A stretch of 64,000 nucleotides of DNA from Eledone cirrhosa (GCA_964016885.1 OZ024749.1:50716001-50780000), one strand, 5' to 3'. Counted from the first letter of the stretch, positions 40,201 to 56,866 are shown. The notes: generated by a model not told the origin, from the sequence alone. Numbers and translations: made by a program.

Positions 40201-40659
40201 TATGTTCCCTCCTATTGTATTGTATTGTGTCTGTGTCTATGTGTGTGCATATATTGTAGTAGAATGTCTGAAGAGTACATGAAATAATGCAAGAATAGAT
40301 ACAAGGTTGTTGAAAACAACCCGTTCTCGTTAATATTGGACCGTTTTTCATTATTCGTCTTCACGATCAAGACTGACATTGGATAAAAATACAAAAACGT
40401 ACAACATCATCATCAACAAGTACAATACCAACAATAACAATAACATTATCTATACTTTATCAATGCAACAAACTGCGACATTTAGTAGGAATTCTTGGAA
40501 ATGTAACATGGTCAAACAATTTGTCAAATTATTTCAGATGGAAGCGAATGTATTGACAGAATCGAAGGAATAAAGAAGACTTCGCCAAAATAAAACTCGC
40601 TATACAACAGAATAAAAGTTTAATTCTTTTTTTGTTATTATTAATATTATTATACTAAC

Positions 40660-41010
40660 ATAGGTAGAGATGTTCAACATAGAGTTTCGCCCCTTTACGG
40701 TCTGAGTTCAAATCCTGCGGAGTTTCACTTTGCCTTTCATCCTTCGATAAAGGGTCGATAAAAGAAAGTACCAGTAATGTACTGGGATAATTGCTGGCCT
40801 TGTACCAAAAGTAGAAACAATTATATTAATATAGGGTGGTGGATTAGCATTATCGGTTGAGCGTCTAACAAGCTTTGCAGCATAGAATAATGGCCCATTG
40901 TTCTGTGTTCAAATTCCGCCGATGGTGATAGAATAAAGTAGCAGTAATCGACTTTCCCCTCCTCACAAATTGTTGGCCTTGTGCCTAAATCAGAAACCAA
41001 TAATATTATT
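40660..41010 (+). mobile_element. Two SINE family 1 copies head-to-tail (diverged)
   Basis: gagttcaaatcc and gtgttcaaattcc boxes, conserved tails. Confidence 0.75.
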
Positions 41011-41019
41011 TAGTACACT

Positions 41020-41290
41020 GTATGGCCCGTGTGAGTGGGCCTACTCTGATCATGCGCCTGTAGGTGGGTAAATTTGAGGAGAGGGGGTGCCCTTCCCGGG
41101 TGCTCTCGAAGCGTTGGGCCGTTCAGGATTGGTGGGGTACCTGAACGAACCCTGGTTGGAATTTTACTTGTATTTTTATTGTTACTTTGTTATTTATATT
41201 GTTTACTCGATTTTTCTGTAAAACCCCGCTGTCCCAGTCTTTTGTATTGTCCCCTATATGTCGGCCCTTGTGGCCAATAAATGAAATCAT
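41020..41290 (+). mobile_element. Probable LINE 3' end (related to 43915-44335)
   Basis: Shared terminus cccttgtggc.aataaa.gaaat.att and a similar T-rich 3' UTR. Confidence 0.45.
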
Positions 41291-41482
41291 TATTTATTAC
41301 ACTGTAAGGTATTTTGATGTTCCAAAGAACATAGTATGCGGTTTTTGTTTCTGTTTCTGTGGTTGTTTTCTTTTCCTAAAGGAATAGTTTTATTATGTGT
41401 TTTTGGCAGTTTATATTTGGTTCTAAGCCATAAATCTTCGAAGTAGGGTCCTACGAAGAAATACTCCCATATATATATATAC

Positions 41483-41559
<77 letters not shown>

Positions 41560-41569
41560 GAGAGAGAGT

Positions 41570-41656
<87 letters not shown>

Positions 41657-41713
41657 TTACACATAATCCTACTATCAGTTTCTCTCTGAATTGTTTTTAC
41701 AAATTGATTGACC

Positions 41714-41782
<69 letters not shown>

Positions 41783-42316
41783 CGGTGGTATTAGTAGTGG
41801 TGGCGGTGGTATTAGTAGTAGTAGTAGTAGTAGTAGTCGCCTTCGGAGATTTTTCTAATACATTTTCGTCCCTCAATAAACCTTCCACGTTTTCTATGAG
41901 AGCGCATTTTTCTGTTGGGATATCAAAATATTGACCTATACGATGACAATATTCGAAAGCACGCTATTTGATATCTTTTCCTTGTATTATTTTATTTTAT
42001 TTTTTGTTTGGTATTTTATCCATCACATTACTTTATATTTTTTTATTCGCCAATGTATTTCTATAAACCGGGATTTTCTCCTATCATTCTATGATTTCTT
42101 TAGCTATCATGAAAGACACCAAACACAGCAGAGGAATAGAAATACGATGGGAAAAGATATGATAAATATAAACAAACATTTTTTTAAAGTAAATATGAAA
42201 TAGACGAAAGATGTAAAATATTCGTTGAAATCAATGGTGATCTAAATTTCAAAGTGCCTACGCTCTAGGCAAATGTATATCCTATGACAGTTTTCAGATT
42301 CTTGTCATATATGTTT

Positions 42317-42645
<329 letters not shown>

Positions 42646-42646
42646 C

Positions 42647-42677
<31 letters not shown>

Positions 42678-43776
42678 CATATATATGTGTGCATATATAT
42701 ATATCTATTTATATACATATATGATGTATATATATATGTGTGCGTGTGTGTGTATGTGTGTGTGTTCGGAATGTTGTAGAAAAAGTATAGCCCTGTGGTA
42801 CAAGTGGTTTTCTTAAATAACTCTCTCAAAGAATTGTTATGTTACTTCACTTGCTTTACGCTAAATTAAATGGACATCCGTCGCTATCCGTGATGCTGTT
42901 CGTGTTGTTCTATGAAAGGAAATATCTACCCGAAAAATTAAGGTGTAAATTGCGGATTTATTTTTTTGAGGGGTGATGGTTTCAGACAGATTGTAATTCG
43001 TGGATAAAGCCCACATCACAGAGTATGTGACAAAGTCATCCCTTTCAATTTCAGGTACAGTATATTGGACAAGTTTCTAAATGATTTTTTCTACCCAATT
43101 TCATTCACAAATTTTGGACTGAACGAACGCTGAAGTAAAGGGCAATGGGGCCTCTTAACTTTTCATGATTCTTGCGTTCATCTATTTTTAAAATGATGTT
43201 GTTTTACTAAGGAACGTTTCGAACACACATCTTGAAGTGTAGAAACAATAGTATTGACTTTCGGAAATTGTCGAATATCGACATTTGGAAAGAAGAAGAA
43301 GAAGAAGAAGAAGAAGAAGAAGAAGAAGAAGAAGAAGAAGAAGAAGAAGAAGAAGAAGAAGAAGAAGGGAGTGGGGGGTAACATTTACGTCCGAATTTAT
43401 TGATCGTTTCACTTTCATATAAAATTCATTGAGTAGTTTTAAATTATGAATATATTCAATTTAATTTAATTTTACCAGATTATTTTTTACGAATCAAGTG
43501 GAATTGTAAATAATGAGAAATGTCTTTTAATTAATAATGGATAGAAACATTTGCTTCTTTCGTGGTTTTCAAACAATGCCGCTTGGTTTCTTCTGAAAAC
43601 AGGGAGAATGCTGTGGTAATAATAATTAAGACTTTGATAGTCGTAGCAGGTGCTTTATAGTAGCTACAAGTAATTTATAGAGTGGAGACAGGTATCTTAT
43701 TTCAGCTGCACATCTCTCTATCAATCTATCGCTCTTTCTAACCCCCTCTCTCCCCCCCTCTCTCTATCTCTCTCTC

Positions 43777-43827
<51 letters not shown>

Positions 43828-43914
43828 GTGTCTTTCTCTCCCTTACTTTCTGTATATCTGTGTTCCTCTCTCTTACTCTCTTTCTATCTTATACTCTCTA
43901 TCTCTTATTCTCTT

Positions 43915-44335
43915 TCTAAAGGGCTGAGGTCAGACACCTTTCTCTCCGGCGAGCAACTGATTCGTTTTTTCAAATATCATTTTGGAAGAAGAATCAGGAT
44001 GGAGACAGAGGTGCTGTACCCCAGTAAATTTCATAAAAGGTGGGTGAATGTGGCAAAGTTGGACCGAGTGGTTGGGCCTTCTCTCTATATAAGCCTGTAG
44101 GTTGAGGAAAAAGAGGAAAATAGGAAGGGAGTACTCACTCTTGGTGCTCCTAGAGATGAGGGTTGTACATTTTTTCGGGGTGTGTACAGCCCCTGTGTAA
44201 CGCCTCCTCCCTATTGGGGATATCAATTGTTATTTGTTATTTTATTAATAATTTTATTTTCATATACCTGTATGTAAACTCCCCATTTGTATTTGTCCCT
44301 TTCTTTTGTACCCTTGTGGCTAATAAAGAAATTAT
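43915..44335 (+). mobile_element. Probable L1/Tx1-like LINE 3' fragment
   Basis: Non-repetitive peptide KGLRSDTFLSGEQLIRFFKYHFGRRIRMETEVLYPSKFHKRWVNV, then stop, UTR and AATAAA; the F..RW ending resembles Tx1 ORF2 C-termini (from memory). Confidence 0.45.
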
Positions 44336-45065
44336 TTCACCCTACCTCTCTCTGTTTCACGTATTCCTTCTCATAATATCACTATCTGCCTGTCTGATGT
44401 CATCTGTTGTTATATATATATATATAATAGTAATAAACGAAAGATATATACTTTATATCATCACTATTTATTTCATTATATATATTTCGAGGATGCAAAA
44501 TTTATGTTAAACATAAATCAGAGCATGCTCTCCTCAGACAAAATACATAAGATGTATAATTTTTTCATGATATACCAGCAACAACGTTCTTGATAGATCA
44601 GTGGCAAGGAAGTATATATATGTGTGTGTGTGTGTATGTGTGTGTGTGGTGTGTGTGTGGAGGGCAGTTAATACAGTAATTGAAATGATTGGCCACCATG
44701 TAAGTCGAAGTGTTTATTTCTAAGTAAAACGTGGATAATGTTGTCTAAATACTGACAATAACAATAATAGTAACTACACCAAAAACAAATGAATATGTTG
44801 CTCAAGCAAGTAATTGGTCAATTCTGTTGGTCAAACGACTGGAACACTCAGCGTCGTAACCGGTGAAGGACCACCAATCGCCAATCACTAAAACAACAAC
44901 ATTGCACATTATTGAATTAAACAACATTACTGTACTTTAAAATAGTTTATACTTCTGGATTATTTTGCGCTACCAGAAATATAACCCTCTGGGCATCTCT
45001 GTGGTGTGTTGGATAATATACATATTAAATTATCGTTTTCTTTATATATATGTATATATACATAC

Positions 45066-45143
<78 letters not shown>

Positions 45144-45377
45144 ATATATATATGTGTGCGTGTGTGTGTGTGTGTGTGTACATATATATATATGTGTGTG
45201 CATGTGTAGTTGTGTGTGCGTGCGTGCGTGTGTTTATATACACATATGATTTAATATATAATATATACAAGGCGACATTATTATTTATTGACTTAAAAAC
45301 TTTGAAATATATAACCAAAAGTATGACAGGAATGAACAGAAATTCAACGAAAAACTTTTGAACGTTTATAAGAAATA

Positions 45378-45700
45378 ACTAAATATACAAATAAATATAC
45401 GAATAAATATACAAATAAATATACGAATAAATATACAAATAAATATACGAATAAATATACAAATAAATATACGAATAAATATACAAATAAATATACGAAT
45501 AAATATACAAATAAATATACGAAAAAATATACAAATAAATATACAAATAAATATACGAATAAATATACAAATAAATATACGAATAAATATACAAATAAAT
45601 ATACGAATAAATATACAAATAAATATACGAATAAATATACAAATAAATATACAAATAAATATACAAATAAATATACGAATAAATATACAAATAAATAAAT
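45378..45700. repeat. 12-bp minisatellite with alternating variants (aaataaatatac / gaataaatatac)
   Basis: Direct reading; ~26 units. Confidence 0.9.
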
Positions 45701-45802
45701 AAATAAGAATCCACGAAATATGAAGACCTAAAGTTATAAACTAGTGAAATGTAAATGAACTTTGTCTTATCTCCGCGTGGTTTTCCTCCTAGTTTGTATA
45801 TC

Positions 45803-45917
<115 letters not shown>

Positions 45918-46199
45918 TGTGTGTGACATATGGACATGTAATCATATATAAATATATTTTGTGTAACCATACAACCACATGGGCGTAATTAGTTATTCAT
46001 ACACATGCACACACACACCTACACATATATATATATAAATATGTATATATATATAGAGAGAGAGAGACACATTCACCCATACATATATATATATACACAT
46101 ATATGCGAAAACTTCCAACAATAATTTAGTGGAAAGGAATGAGTATCGAAGAAGTTTGTATGTCTAAGCTCCAAGTAAGCCTGTAGCCATGGCTAATAG

Positions 46200-46255
<56 letters not shown>

Positions 46256-46569
46256 GTAGAGGTGTAATAAGAAAAAACTAGAAGCTACGTTTACATATTT
46301 TTATTGAGTATCGACATGTTACGCGGTTTTCGTAGATATTTGGCTCAGCGTCACCTATAGAAGGTATGGACACGACTCCAGAATCGATCTGCTCGTCAGG
46401 CTGGTGTTTCTAACTGTATACTCTACATTACAAAAATCTACGCTACTGTGTTAGAAATAGCAGCTAAACCAGACTTTATGCTCTTGGGAAAATGGTATAT
46501 TTTATAAGGTAATAAAGAGGACAATAATGTCCGAACAAAAATAGTGGTAGTTATGGAATAGACCTGATA

Positions 46570-46838
46570 TATATATCTAAGGCGGGTAAAATTCCCGAGA
46601 TCCATGGACGAGTTCTCTCCAGCGGTCTCTGTCCCTCATTATCGCTGCCATATCCTGCATCTCCAACAGACCAGTGTCTGTCCTTAGGGCATCAACATAT
46701 GTTAACCTTGGTCTTCCACTTCTAGTGTGTCCATGTAGGGGTTCCCAAAGGAGCACTGAGTGCAATGTCAACTCTGGATGTCGGTGAGCATGTCCAGCCA
46801 ACCTCAGTCTCCTCTGTGTCACTTTTGAGCTGACTTTT

Positions 46839-46841
<3 letters not shown>
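46570..46841 (-). mobile_element. 3' end of an RTE-clade LINE (second copy)
   Basis: [37 protein letters not shown]...[16 protein letters not shown]...DRDRWRELV. Confidence 0.85.
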
Positions 46842-46888
<47 letters not shown>

Positions 46889-46891
<3 letters not shown>

Positions 46892-47087
46892 CGAAAGAAA
46901 TGTGGTAAGGAACCAGGTGGAGCATAACGCACCAAAGTACTCAATACTTAGGGTAGTAGAGTGGGTAATATGAACGATTAGGACCCCGACGGCTGAGCTC
47001 AAGCCGTTTCGACGGCTAATTCTGGACGCTGAGTCCAGAATTAGCCGTCGAAACGGCTTGAGCTCAGCCGTCGGGGTCCTACTCGTT

Positions 47088-47091
<4 letters not shown>
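46889..47091 (+). mobile_element. Family A element (complete)
   Basis: Head plus hairpin gaccccgacggctgagctcaagccgtttcgacggctaattctggac-gctga-gtccagaattagccgtcgaaacggcttgagctcagccgtcggggtc. Confidence 0.88.
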
Positions 47092-47142
<51 letters not shown>

Positions 47143-47417
47143 ATATGTATGTATGTGTGGTTGTGTGTGTGTGTATGTTGTAGCAAGGACAATGCAAAAA
47201 ATACATCGGCTTAAAGACAGGTACATATCTATATATCTATCTATTTATCTATCTATTTATCTATCTATCTATCTGTCTATCTATTTAGCTATCTGTCTAT
47301 CTATCTACCTTTGTATCTACCTAATAAAGAAATATATCTATCTAAACAATAAAGAAATATACCTTTGTATCTATTTATCTATCTATCTACCTTTCTATCT
47401 ATCTATCTACCTATCTG

Positions 47418-47502
<85 letters not shown>

Positions 47503-47738
47503 ATATATATATCCCACTTCTGTGACGCGCTTGGCCTGAATATTCGTTGATATGGGTTGATAGATATGATATTGTTTTGTCTCTGCTGGAAAACAAGTAG
47601 AAATTAGACTCACAAAATAGCTACTTAATGTCGTCCAACTCTTCAAAAACCATATACTCCTGTCACTAAAATAGAAAATCTATTTAATATACCGTCCCGT
47701 CCATTAATTTTCATAAACAGTGACGCATCTATATATAC

Positions 47739-47833
<95 letters not shown>

Positions 47834-47905
47834 GTTATATATATATATATATGTATATATATATTTATATATATATATAACTATATATATATATATATAT
47901 ATAGG

Positions 47906-47936
<31 letters not shown>

Positions 47937-48525
47937 ATGTGTATTGTGTATGTATATATGTATGTGTGTATGTGTGTGTATATATGTATATGTGTGTATG
48001 TGCATATATATATTTGGATATATATATATATATGTGCTGTATGTATGTATATATGTATATGTGTGTATGTGTATATATATATATTTGTATATATGTATGT
48101 GTTATATGTATATGTGTGCGTATATATGTGTGTATGCGTATATATATGTATATACGTATGTATGTATGAATGTAAGTATATTTGTATATATGTATATATG
48201 TTGTATGTATATATGTGTGCATTTATGCGTGAATATATGTGTCTATGTGTATATTTATGTATACACGTATGTATGTATGTAAATACATACATATATATAT
48301 GTGTGTGTATGTGTCATTATGTAACTATATAAATGTATGATTGTATGTATATAATTGCAAATATAAGGAGACCACCTATGCTCTATATGTTTATCCGCAC
48401 ACTCATACATTGTTTTAATATTTATAGGTTGTATACACGTGTTTTACTAACCTAGTGAATATAATTAAATGTGTAGATATATACGGCACACATACGTGGA
48501 CACATACACACAAAAACACTCACAT

Positions 48526-48602
<77 letters not shown>

Positions 48603-48676
48603 TATATATATAATATATAAACTATAGGTTGATATATTAATCTGTATGCGACGTATGTATGTGTATGTATATATAT

Positions 48677-48762
<86 letters not shown>

Positions 48763-48984
48763 GTATATACATATATTGATATATATATAATAAATATATA
48801 TATATAAAATACATTATATATATATATATATATGAATGTATATATACATATATATAAATATATACATATATTTATATATACATATATTTTATATACACAC
48901 ACACATATATATATATATAGTTAAATATTAGACAGGAACAAAAAACAGAGTGGCAGTACAAATGGTAGTTTATGCATGTGTGTG

Positions 48985-49132
48985 TCTTTGATGCGTCAGT
49001 GTGTTTGTGTTTGTATGCGTCAGTTTGTGTGTGCTTGTATGCGTCAGTGTGTGTGTGTTTGTATGCGTCAGTGTGTGTGTGTTTGTATGCGTCAGTGTGT
49101 GTGTGTTTGTATGCGTCAGTGTGTTTGTGTTT
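48985..49132. repeat. 24-bp minisatellite (gtatgcgtcagtgtgtgtgtgttt) x~6
   Basis: Direct reading of the sequence. Confidence 0.85.
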
Positions 49133-49323
49133 TCTATTCTACTTTTGTTGTTTAAATTCATTAAAGTTCATTAAAGTCACTTAGAAATATTCATGGATTC
49201 CAAGGAATATATGAATATTTCCAAGTCATTTTATCATATATTTGCCCTCCTCCCTGCTCCAACACCCCCCCCCCTCTCCGTCTCTCTATCTTTCTCATAT
49301 ATATATATATGTATGTATGTATG

Positions 49324-49414
<91 letters not shown>

Positions 49415-49417
49415 ATG

Positions 49418-49534
<117 letters not shown>

Positions 49535-49563
49535 ATATATATATATATATATATGTGTGTATG

Positions 49564-49648
<85 letters not shown>

Positions 49649-50179
49649 TCAATGAAGAATTAGAAATAGAAGCCAGGGCTATCCGCCATCAGTGATCTAC
49701 TAGTCATCGTAGGTATTTCTTCGCATCAAAGACCAGATACCTCAGGCTAGCGCGAACAGTAACTAAAATAAGTTATTGGGATAAAAAGAATTGGGTGGAG
49801 AGAGAGAGACAGGTAAACAAACATGAATGGTTAAGCAACGTAAAGCGAGGAAAATGAGAAAATCAAGTCAGTGATTCATTTGAACATAAGAACTTGCGAA
49901 CATTGACGAGAAGACGAAAAACAATCTGTACCGTGCGAAAAGTGAGCGAGAAAAGAATTTCGTACGGTGCCGGAGGTTGGAGGAAGTGAGAGACAGTGAG
50001 TAGCATATATATTGTTCATTAACATAGATATTGTTCATTAATATATATATTGTTCATTAATATATATATTGTTCATTAATATATATATATGTATTAATGA
50101 ATATAAAGACAAGCTTCTATAAATATATATATATACATGCGTGTGTGTGTGTTTGTGAGCAAAAAGTAAAGTAAAGGAA

Positions 50180-50506
50180 TTAATCAAACAACACTGTACA
50201 ATGTAGAAATATAAAGTTTAATAATGCAGGAAAAGCCTTTGTATGTTCAGTATACACACACACACAAACAAGATGGCGTAGGACAGAACAAAAGAGAGGC
50301 ACAAAAAAAAACAAAGAAAAGAATCCCAAGTCACTGAAGAGGTCACAGAATGTGTGACGAAAGAAGTTTGACAATATATGAACAACCGTCCGGTTGTGGA
50401 ACCAACCAACCAATCGGAAATTTATAATTTTTTTAATTTATAATAAATTGAAGTGAAAGCACTGGTGCGTGTGTTTCTTATTGCCAACATGACCCTCCCA
50501 AAGTAT

Positions 50507-50512
<6 letters not shown>
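50180..50512 (+). mobile_element. Family D element with hammerhead-like motif (50330-50372)
   Basis: gtca-CTGAAGA-g-gtcac-agaatgt-gtgac-GAAA-gaag-TT-tgac; homologous to 7010-7205. Confidence 0.7.
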
Positions 50513-50563
<51 letters not shown>

Positions 50564-51054
50564 AATATAAATTCAGCGAGAATCGCATTTCGGCGGGTAG
50601 AAATTAGCGAAACGCAATTTCCTATTTGTGTTGGCAAGCGCTCCATGGACCAAAATAGACCAGAGCAATAAACATGTGTTATAAAGGCCATACAAACTGA
50701 GACGGCGGTTAAGAAGCTATCAACCACCCAAGCCACAAAAGCGAAGCAAGCTAAACGGGTCAAACAAAATATGAATGAAATATTTACCCGGACCCCTTGG
50801 AAATGATGGTATAATCCAGTACAGGGTTTCTGCGACACATAAATCAGTAATACTGTCTGCTTAAAAAAATAAGCTTTTGGTATAATGATCGAACATATAT
50901 TTATAACGGTTCTGCTAATCAGAACTACATTTCATAATGCATGCATGGTGCTGTAAATGGTGTTTGTAGGTGCTCCATATTGAAACACGACGTTTCTGAA
51001 GGTCTGAGAAGGTTAGAAAGTGAGAGAATGGTCGTGACAAAGAGATATATAGGA

Positions 51055-51622
51055 AGTATTGAGCCCAGTATTAGAGTGGTAGTTTTTTATCTACCTTCAC
51101 TTTGTGAACTGCTAAGTTGACCTCGGTGGGATTTGAAATCAGAGAGTAGAGAGTCAAAGCTAATACCGCAAAACCTTCTCTCTGACGCTCTATCGACTCT
51201 GCAAATTTACCGCCTAATAATTGTTTCTACTTTTGGCACAAGGCCAGCAATTATCCAGTACATTACTGGTACTATATTTTATCGACTCCGTAAGGATGAA
51301 AGGCAAAGTTAACCTCGGTGGGATTTGAACTCAGATCGTAAAGGGACGTAACAATGCTAGAAAGCTTGTCCGACCCTCTACCGATACTGCCAATTTACCA
51401 CCTAATAATGGTTTTTGATTAAGGCACAAGGCCAGCAATTTGAAGGGGAGGGGAAAGTCGATTAAATCGACCCCAGTTCATTGCTGGTGCTTTATTTCAT
51501 CGACCCCGTAACGATGAAAGGCAAAGCTAACCTCGGCGGGATTTGAGAGCAGAGAGCCGAAACGAATACTGCAAGTCATTCTATCTGAGGTTCTAACGAC
51601 TTTGTCAATTCACTGCCTAATA
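51055..51622 (-). mobile_element. Three SINE family 1 copies head-to-tail
   Basis: Three antisense acctcgg.gggatttga boxes with conserved bodies. Confidence 0.8.
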
Positions 51623-52760
51623 ATATACAACAAAAATTGCCTTCCGATACTTACTCTCGCCCCTTTATATTCTGAGTTCAAATCCAATAATAGAATATGT
51701 TTGATCTTTCGCCAATGTTAGAAATCAATATTCAGAAGAATTCTAGTTTTCGTGACATCACAACAACTCAACTAAGACTTTTAGACATTTAAGAAAATAT
51801 CTGATCTATGATGATGATTGATTGGCAGGTATGCCAAATGTATATATCTAAAGACATCACATTGCCTTAAGGAAACTCGATCCACTTGTACATATTTAAC
51901 GTAAGTTATAGGCGGTGAATTGGCTGAGTCGTTAGAACGACGGATAGAATGCTTTATACTATTCGTTCCGGCTCTCTGCCCTCGGAGTTCAAATACCACC
52001 AATATATCAAGCGAGAGAGCATCTTTCTTACGTGATCTGCTAAAAGTAGTAGCGAAACTTGCTTAAAATCACACCCTACCGTATTATAAAAAGTATACAC
52101 ATTTAAGTAATGTTTCTGTAGTATCACTCTGTTTTATGATAAAACAAAGGACAGGTTCGTCACAAGTCAAATATTCTTAACCTTTGACTTACTAGAAATG
52201 ACAAGTTTCACAGAAAAACGAAAGAAAAACAGCAAAACCAACCAGAATAAAATCCCGATATATTCAATGTGAAGTATTTCAAGTTTGGCTTTGTTGAAAA
52301 ACAAAAGAGACGCTTATTGATTTTTTAGTTTTTCCTATGAGTGACACAAAGAACTCTACGATTCGTTAAATATGTACAAGCTAACTAAATTCTTTCTAAT
52401 TTCACGTCGTCTGATCTTTACTTTTGGGAGTCTTGTCAATCATTTACCGACGACCACGTATCCTCTTGTTGATAAATTACTGAATACATATTATATCTAA
52501 CACACTTATACTATGTATGCTTTCAGACTTACGTATATACACTTATATATATATATAATTGATGTCAGATATAATTTGCATGAACAAACGATGAGAATGT
52601 TGAATACAAACGCATGTAAGTCGTTAACCTGTGTTCCTATAATTATACTGGATGCAAATGTATATTGTGGTAGTAATCATACGAGTAGACAAATTGACAG
52701 GGTCGCTTGGGTTGAATCGGTAATGAAGAATCAATCGCAACGAGTAATATGTTATATCTC

Positions 52761-52861
<101 letters not shown>

Positions 52862-52999
52862 ACACACATAAATATATATATATAAAGAGAGAAAGAGAGG
52901 TGGGGAGAACGAGACCATGGGCCTCACTTGAGATTTGTAGATGGGAAGTCGTTTTCATGTGATGTCATAGGCTGAAGAATGTTACCATTATGAAGAGGA

Positions 53000-53240
53000 A
53001 GTCTTGTTTTTTATGCAGATTTTACTCTGTGGAAGATAAGCAGTTGTCATGAAATATACTCGGTTATGTTAGCGCCTAGTATTTCAACCTATTCTGAGAG
53101 TTTAGTTTCCTGCTCTTCATGTTTAATATAGCAGAGTCGTTATAAGTTGTTCTTGATATTGGCAGTCATTTCTTGTATTTGTTGTCAAGGTATACATGAT
53201 TAGCTCCATTTTAGGATTGTTAGGTTTCTGTACTCATGAG
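53000..53240 (-). pseudogene. Possible degraded CR1/L2-type LINE RT fragment
   Basis: Minus strand reads E*VEILGANITEYIS*QLLIFHRVKSA, resembling the (K)ILGV.I...LSW..HI motif. Confidence 0.3.
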
Positions 53241-54068
53241 ACATAAATTCATCTATTAACCGTTCCACCGCTAGAATAACCCGAAATATACAGAATGGAA
53301 AGAGTTATCAAACATGATCAATCCACTGACCAAACAGTTCTCCTGTACATCAATATCTATTGATCTGGGGCCATCTAATACCTCCAGACCAGCACTTTAT
53401 CCCGCCATGACCAACACTGCATCTGTCGGATCGTTGAGATATTAATTCATTAGCAGCTGATTTATGCTTAAGGGAAATAATTAATTTTCTAAATTAAGTT
53501 GGCGTGACAATACTTGTTATTACAAGTAACTATAGAGATTTCAGCAGGTCACATAGCTTTAATTAATTTGGCCAATTTCACATATTTAAGGTATAGGAAG
53601 CAATTCATTTGGGAATGATATTTGCTACGGAATGTTCTGAACATTCTGCTAGATTCTACAATTTTGTTAATTCCTATAAAACTATTCAGACTTTCTAGTT
53701 CTTCCCCCTCGGGGAGACTAAAGGAACTATTCATATTATAAGTACTAAGTTTAATTCAAATATTTAAATTCACTTGCAGGCATTCGTCGTCTTCCGATAT
53801 AATGAATTAATTTTATCCGATGAAAAGTAGAGAAATTTGTGAGGGGAAATCACAAACGGTTGTGTATCATTAAAGGTTCTTTATAAAAGTTACTCTTATA
53901 CCTTTACGTTTTAAGGCCAACATACATCAGAATAATATTATCTCTGCAAATATTATCTTTTTAAAAGGATATTGTTCGAAGGTTAAACAAAATTTGTCTA
54001 AGTCTGCCGTTATACTTAATTGTTGGTAATGTGCCAAAATCTGAAGCCATTATTACTCTGAATTGTAA

Positions 54069-54262
54069 TACAGGCGGTGGAATGGCAGTATCAGTAGAAG
54101 GTTGGACGCCATGCCTTGCAGCATAGAGTTACGCCACTTTACGGTCTGAGTTCAAATCACGCCGAGGCTAACTTTGCCTTTCATCCTTACGGGGTCGATA
54201 AAATGAAGTACCAGTAATGTACTGGGTATTTGCTGGCCTTGTTCCAAAAGTAGAAACAATTA
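54069..54262 (+). mobile_element. SINE family 1 full-length copy with 20-bp target-site duplication
   Basis: attattactctgaattgtaa at 54049-54068 and 54259-54278 brackets the SINE. Confidence 0.9.
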
Positions 54263-55058
54263 TTACTCTGAATTGTAACAGACATAGAACATAAAACGAG
54301 GAATTGACTAATGAAATACCACGTAGTACGCAATAAACTGAAATGTCACGTTGTACGCAATAAACTGAAATAGCAATGATTACATATATGTAGAGAATAC
54401 AGTGTGCGGTAGATTGGTCTATTGAACAGTTCAAGAGGGATTTTGATAGTACCGCTTCTTATTTCCAGCTCATATGGCCAGTCATATTCCTTTGTTGATT
54501 ATGGCCATCGATACAAAGAAATTTGATAAGATTTCAGACCGCCAGCGTCTACACCTAATTCACCACCACAACAGAGACATACTGGTGTGTCATTAGGCAA
54601 AATGTGATGAACAATTATAAAGTACATGTCTATATATGTCTAATACATCTGCCAAATTTGCTTCATACCGAAAGAATGAATAATCTATCTCTTACTTGGA
54701 TGAACAAATCCATACTGAATGTGGCTTTAGAAGGAACAACATTCACTACAAATAAATAGACAATCACCACTAGTAATATTGAAAAGATTATCCAAAGTTC
54801 CTCCAATATAGATATACGAATGTTATCTGTGTGGTATATATGTATATATATATATAAATAAATATATATATACAAATGAAAGTACAGCACATTTGAAGCT
54901 CGTGCTGCAGCTAAGCCGATGCAGTGCAGCCAAGCACTCGACGAGGTATAGACAGCAGAGTAATAACATACAGTTTAAAGGGCTTTGCAAATTGAAGATA
55001 GCCGTGTGGTCTGTAGCCACGAAAGAAGTGACTCGTGAGAAAAAATACATACACATAT

Positions 55059-55147
<89 letters not shown>

Positions 55148-56048
55148 TATTTCCTACACGAGCGCGCACTCCTACACGAGCGCGCACGAAATATACTTGG
55201 AAAAAAATATTGCAGCAAAGTTGCTTAGCTACGTAATGTGAGAAAAAAACATTCGAAAAGACAGCATGGGGTTACACATATGAAATTCTGGTGTTGTGGA
55301 TCTCCGTCGGTTTCGAGGAGGAGTTTTCTGATCAGCATGCTCCTTAAATTATGTATGCCGTTAACATCCTTCTAAGATCGATGTGACACAGCGTGAGACA
55401 CGAGTAGCCCTTTTGAATTATAGATGTATTCTATCCCATGGTCTCCCAAACAGTCTCCGTCCACTCAATTTTACTCACAGGGCCTGGCCCCACCCAAATC
55501 TATGTTCAATGAATAAAACAAAATAACACACAGTCGAATGGAATTCAGGGCGTAATTTATATAACAAATATCATCGATGAACAATTATCTAATGAGGGGG
55601 ACTTCCCTATAGGGGTATTCTAGGAAAACTAGGGAAACTTCACACGAAATCCTGGATTACTCTCTCGCTTTACATGAATTAAAAGTGCGCTCCTTCTCTG
55701 TTTCTTTCATCCTGTGGAGAAAAGTATAGCAACATTTGACTTGTTCAGCCTCGACAATCTCGCCACAAATCTAACCCATCTTACATAAAATATATATAGA
55801 AGCCAATAATACTATATACGTCGGTTTGAAATATTGCCTAAAGCTTTTTATTCTACTTCTAGTTTCTTTTAAAAAGCCCTTTAAGAATATAAGTATATAC
55901 ACAGAGATAAACAGAAAACCATAGCGAGAAATCAATATTCATATAAGGCGGAAATAGTAAAAACTACACATATATATATACATATATATAAATATATATA
56001 TATATATGTATATATATATATGTGTGTGTGTGTGTGTGATGTGTGTGA

Positions 56049-56110
<62 letters not shown>

Positions 56111-56317
56111 CACTGTGCTATAGTGATACATAATTAAATTCACCCAGACATATTTGTCTATACTCAAAACATTGCATACGAAATTCTTTCAAACGTAAAC
56201 TCATATATGCACGTGAAATATATACATATATGTGATTATATATATCCATATATATATATTCATATATATAATGTATTATTATTTTATTCTATTTGCATTA
56301 TATATCATTATATATAC

Positions 56318-56390
<73 letters not shown>

Positions 56391-56791
56391 TATATTATAT
56401 AAGAGTATGTTTGATTGACTGCCTGTATATGTGAGGATATATACATAGATATGGAGATATAAGTAAGTATGTAGAATATACAGGTGAATATCGAAAACTA
56501 TACGTTACATGTTAGAAGAAACGCACGACTGCAGATCCAAAATATGTTATTCTAAGAGAGAACATAGTTCTATATGGACTTCCTACAAATATATGACCAC
56601 ATATACACATATAACTCAGTATGGAAATTCATAAATGCATTATATATGTATATATGTGTGTTTCCTTGTTAGAATGCGTAAGTATGCATATAAACATATA
56701 CGTATGTATATATATCTACATATATCCAGACATACATATATTGAAGTAAACTAACACATTTATAGATATAGGTATTTTTAATATATATACC

Positions 56792-56835
<44 letters not shown>

Positions 56836-56866
56836 TTCTTTGCTTAAACTTTAATCTGTTATTTTA

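Noticed and set aside
54470-54830. Possible host exon after ttatttccag
   Set aside because: All three frames hit stops within ~130 bp and there is no recognisable protein similarity.
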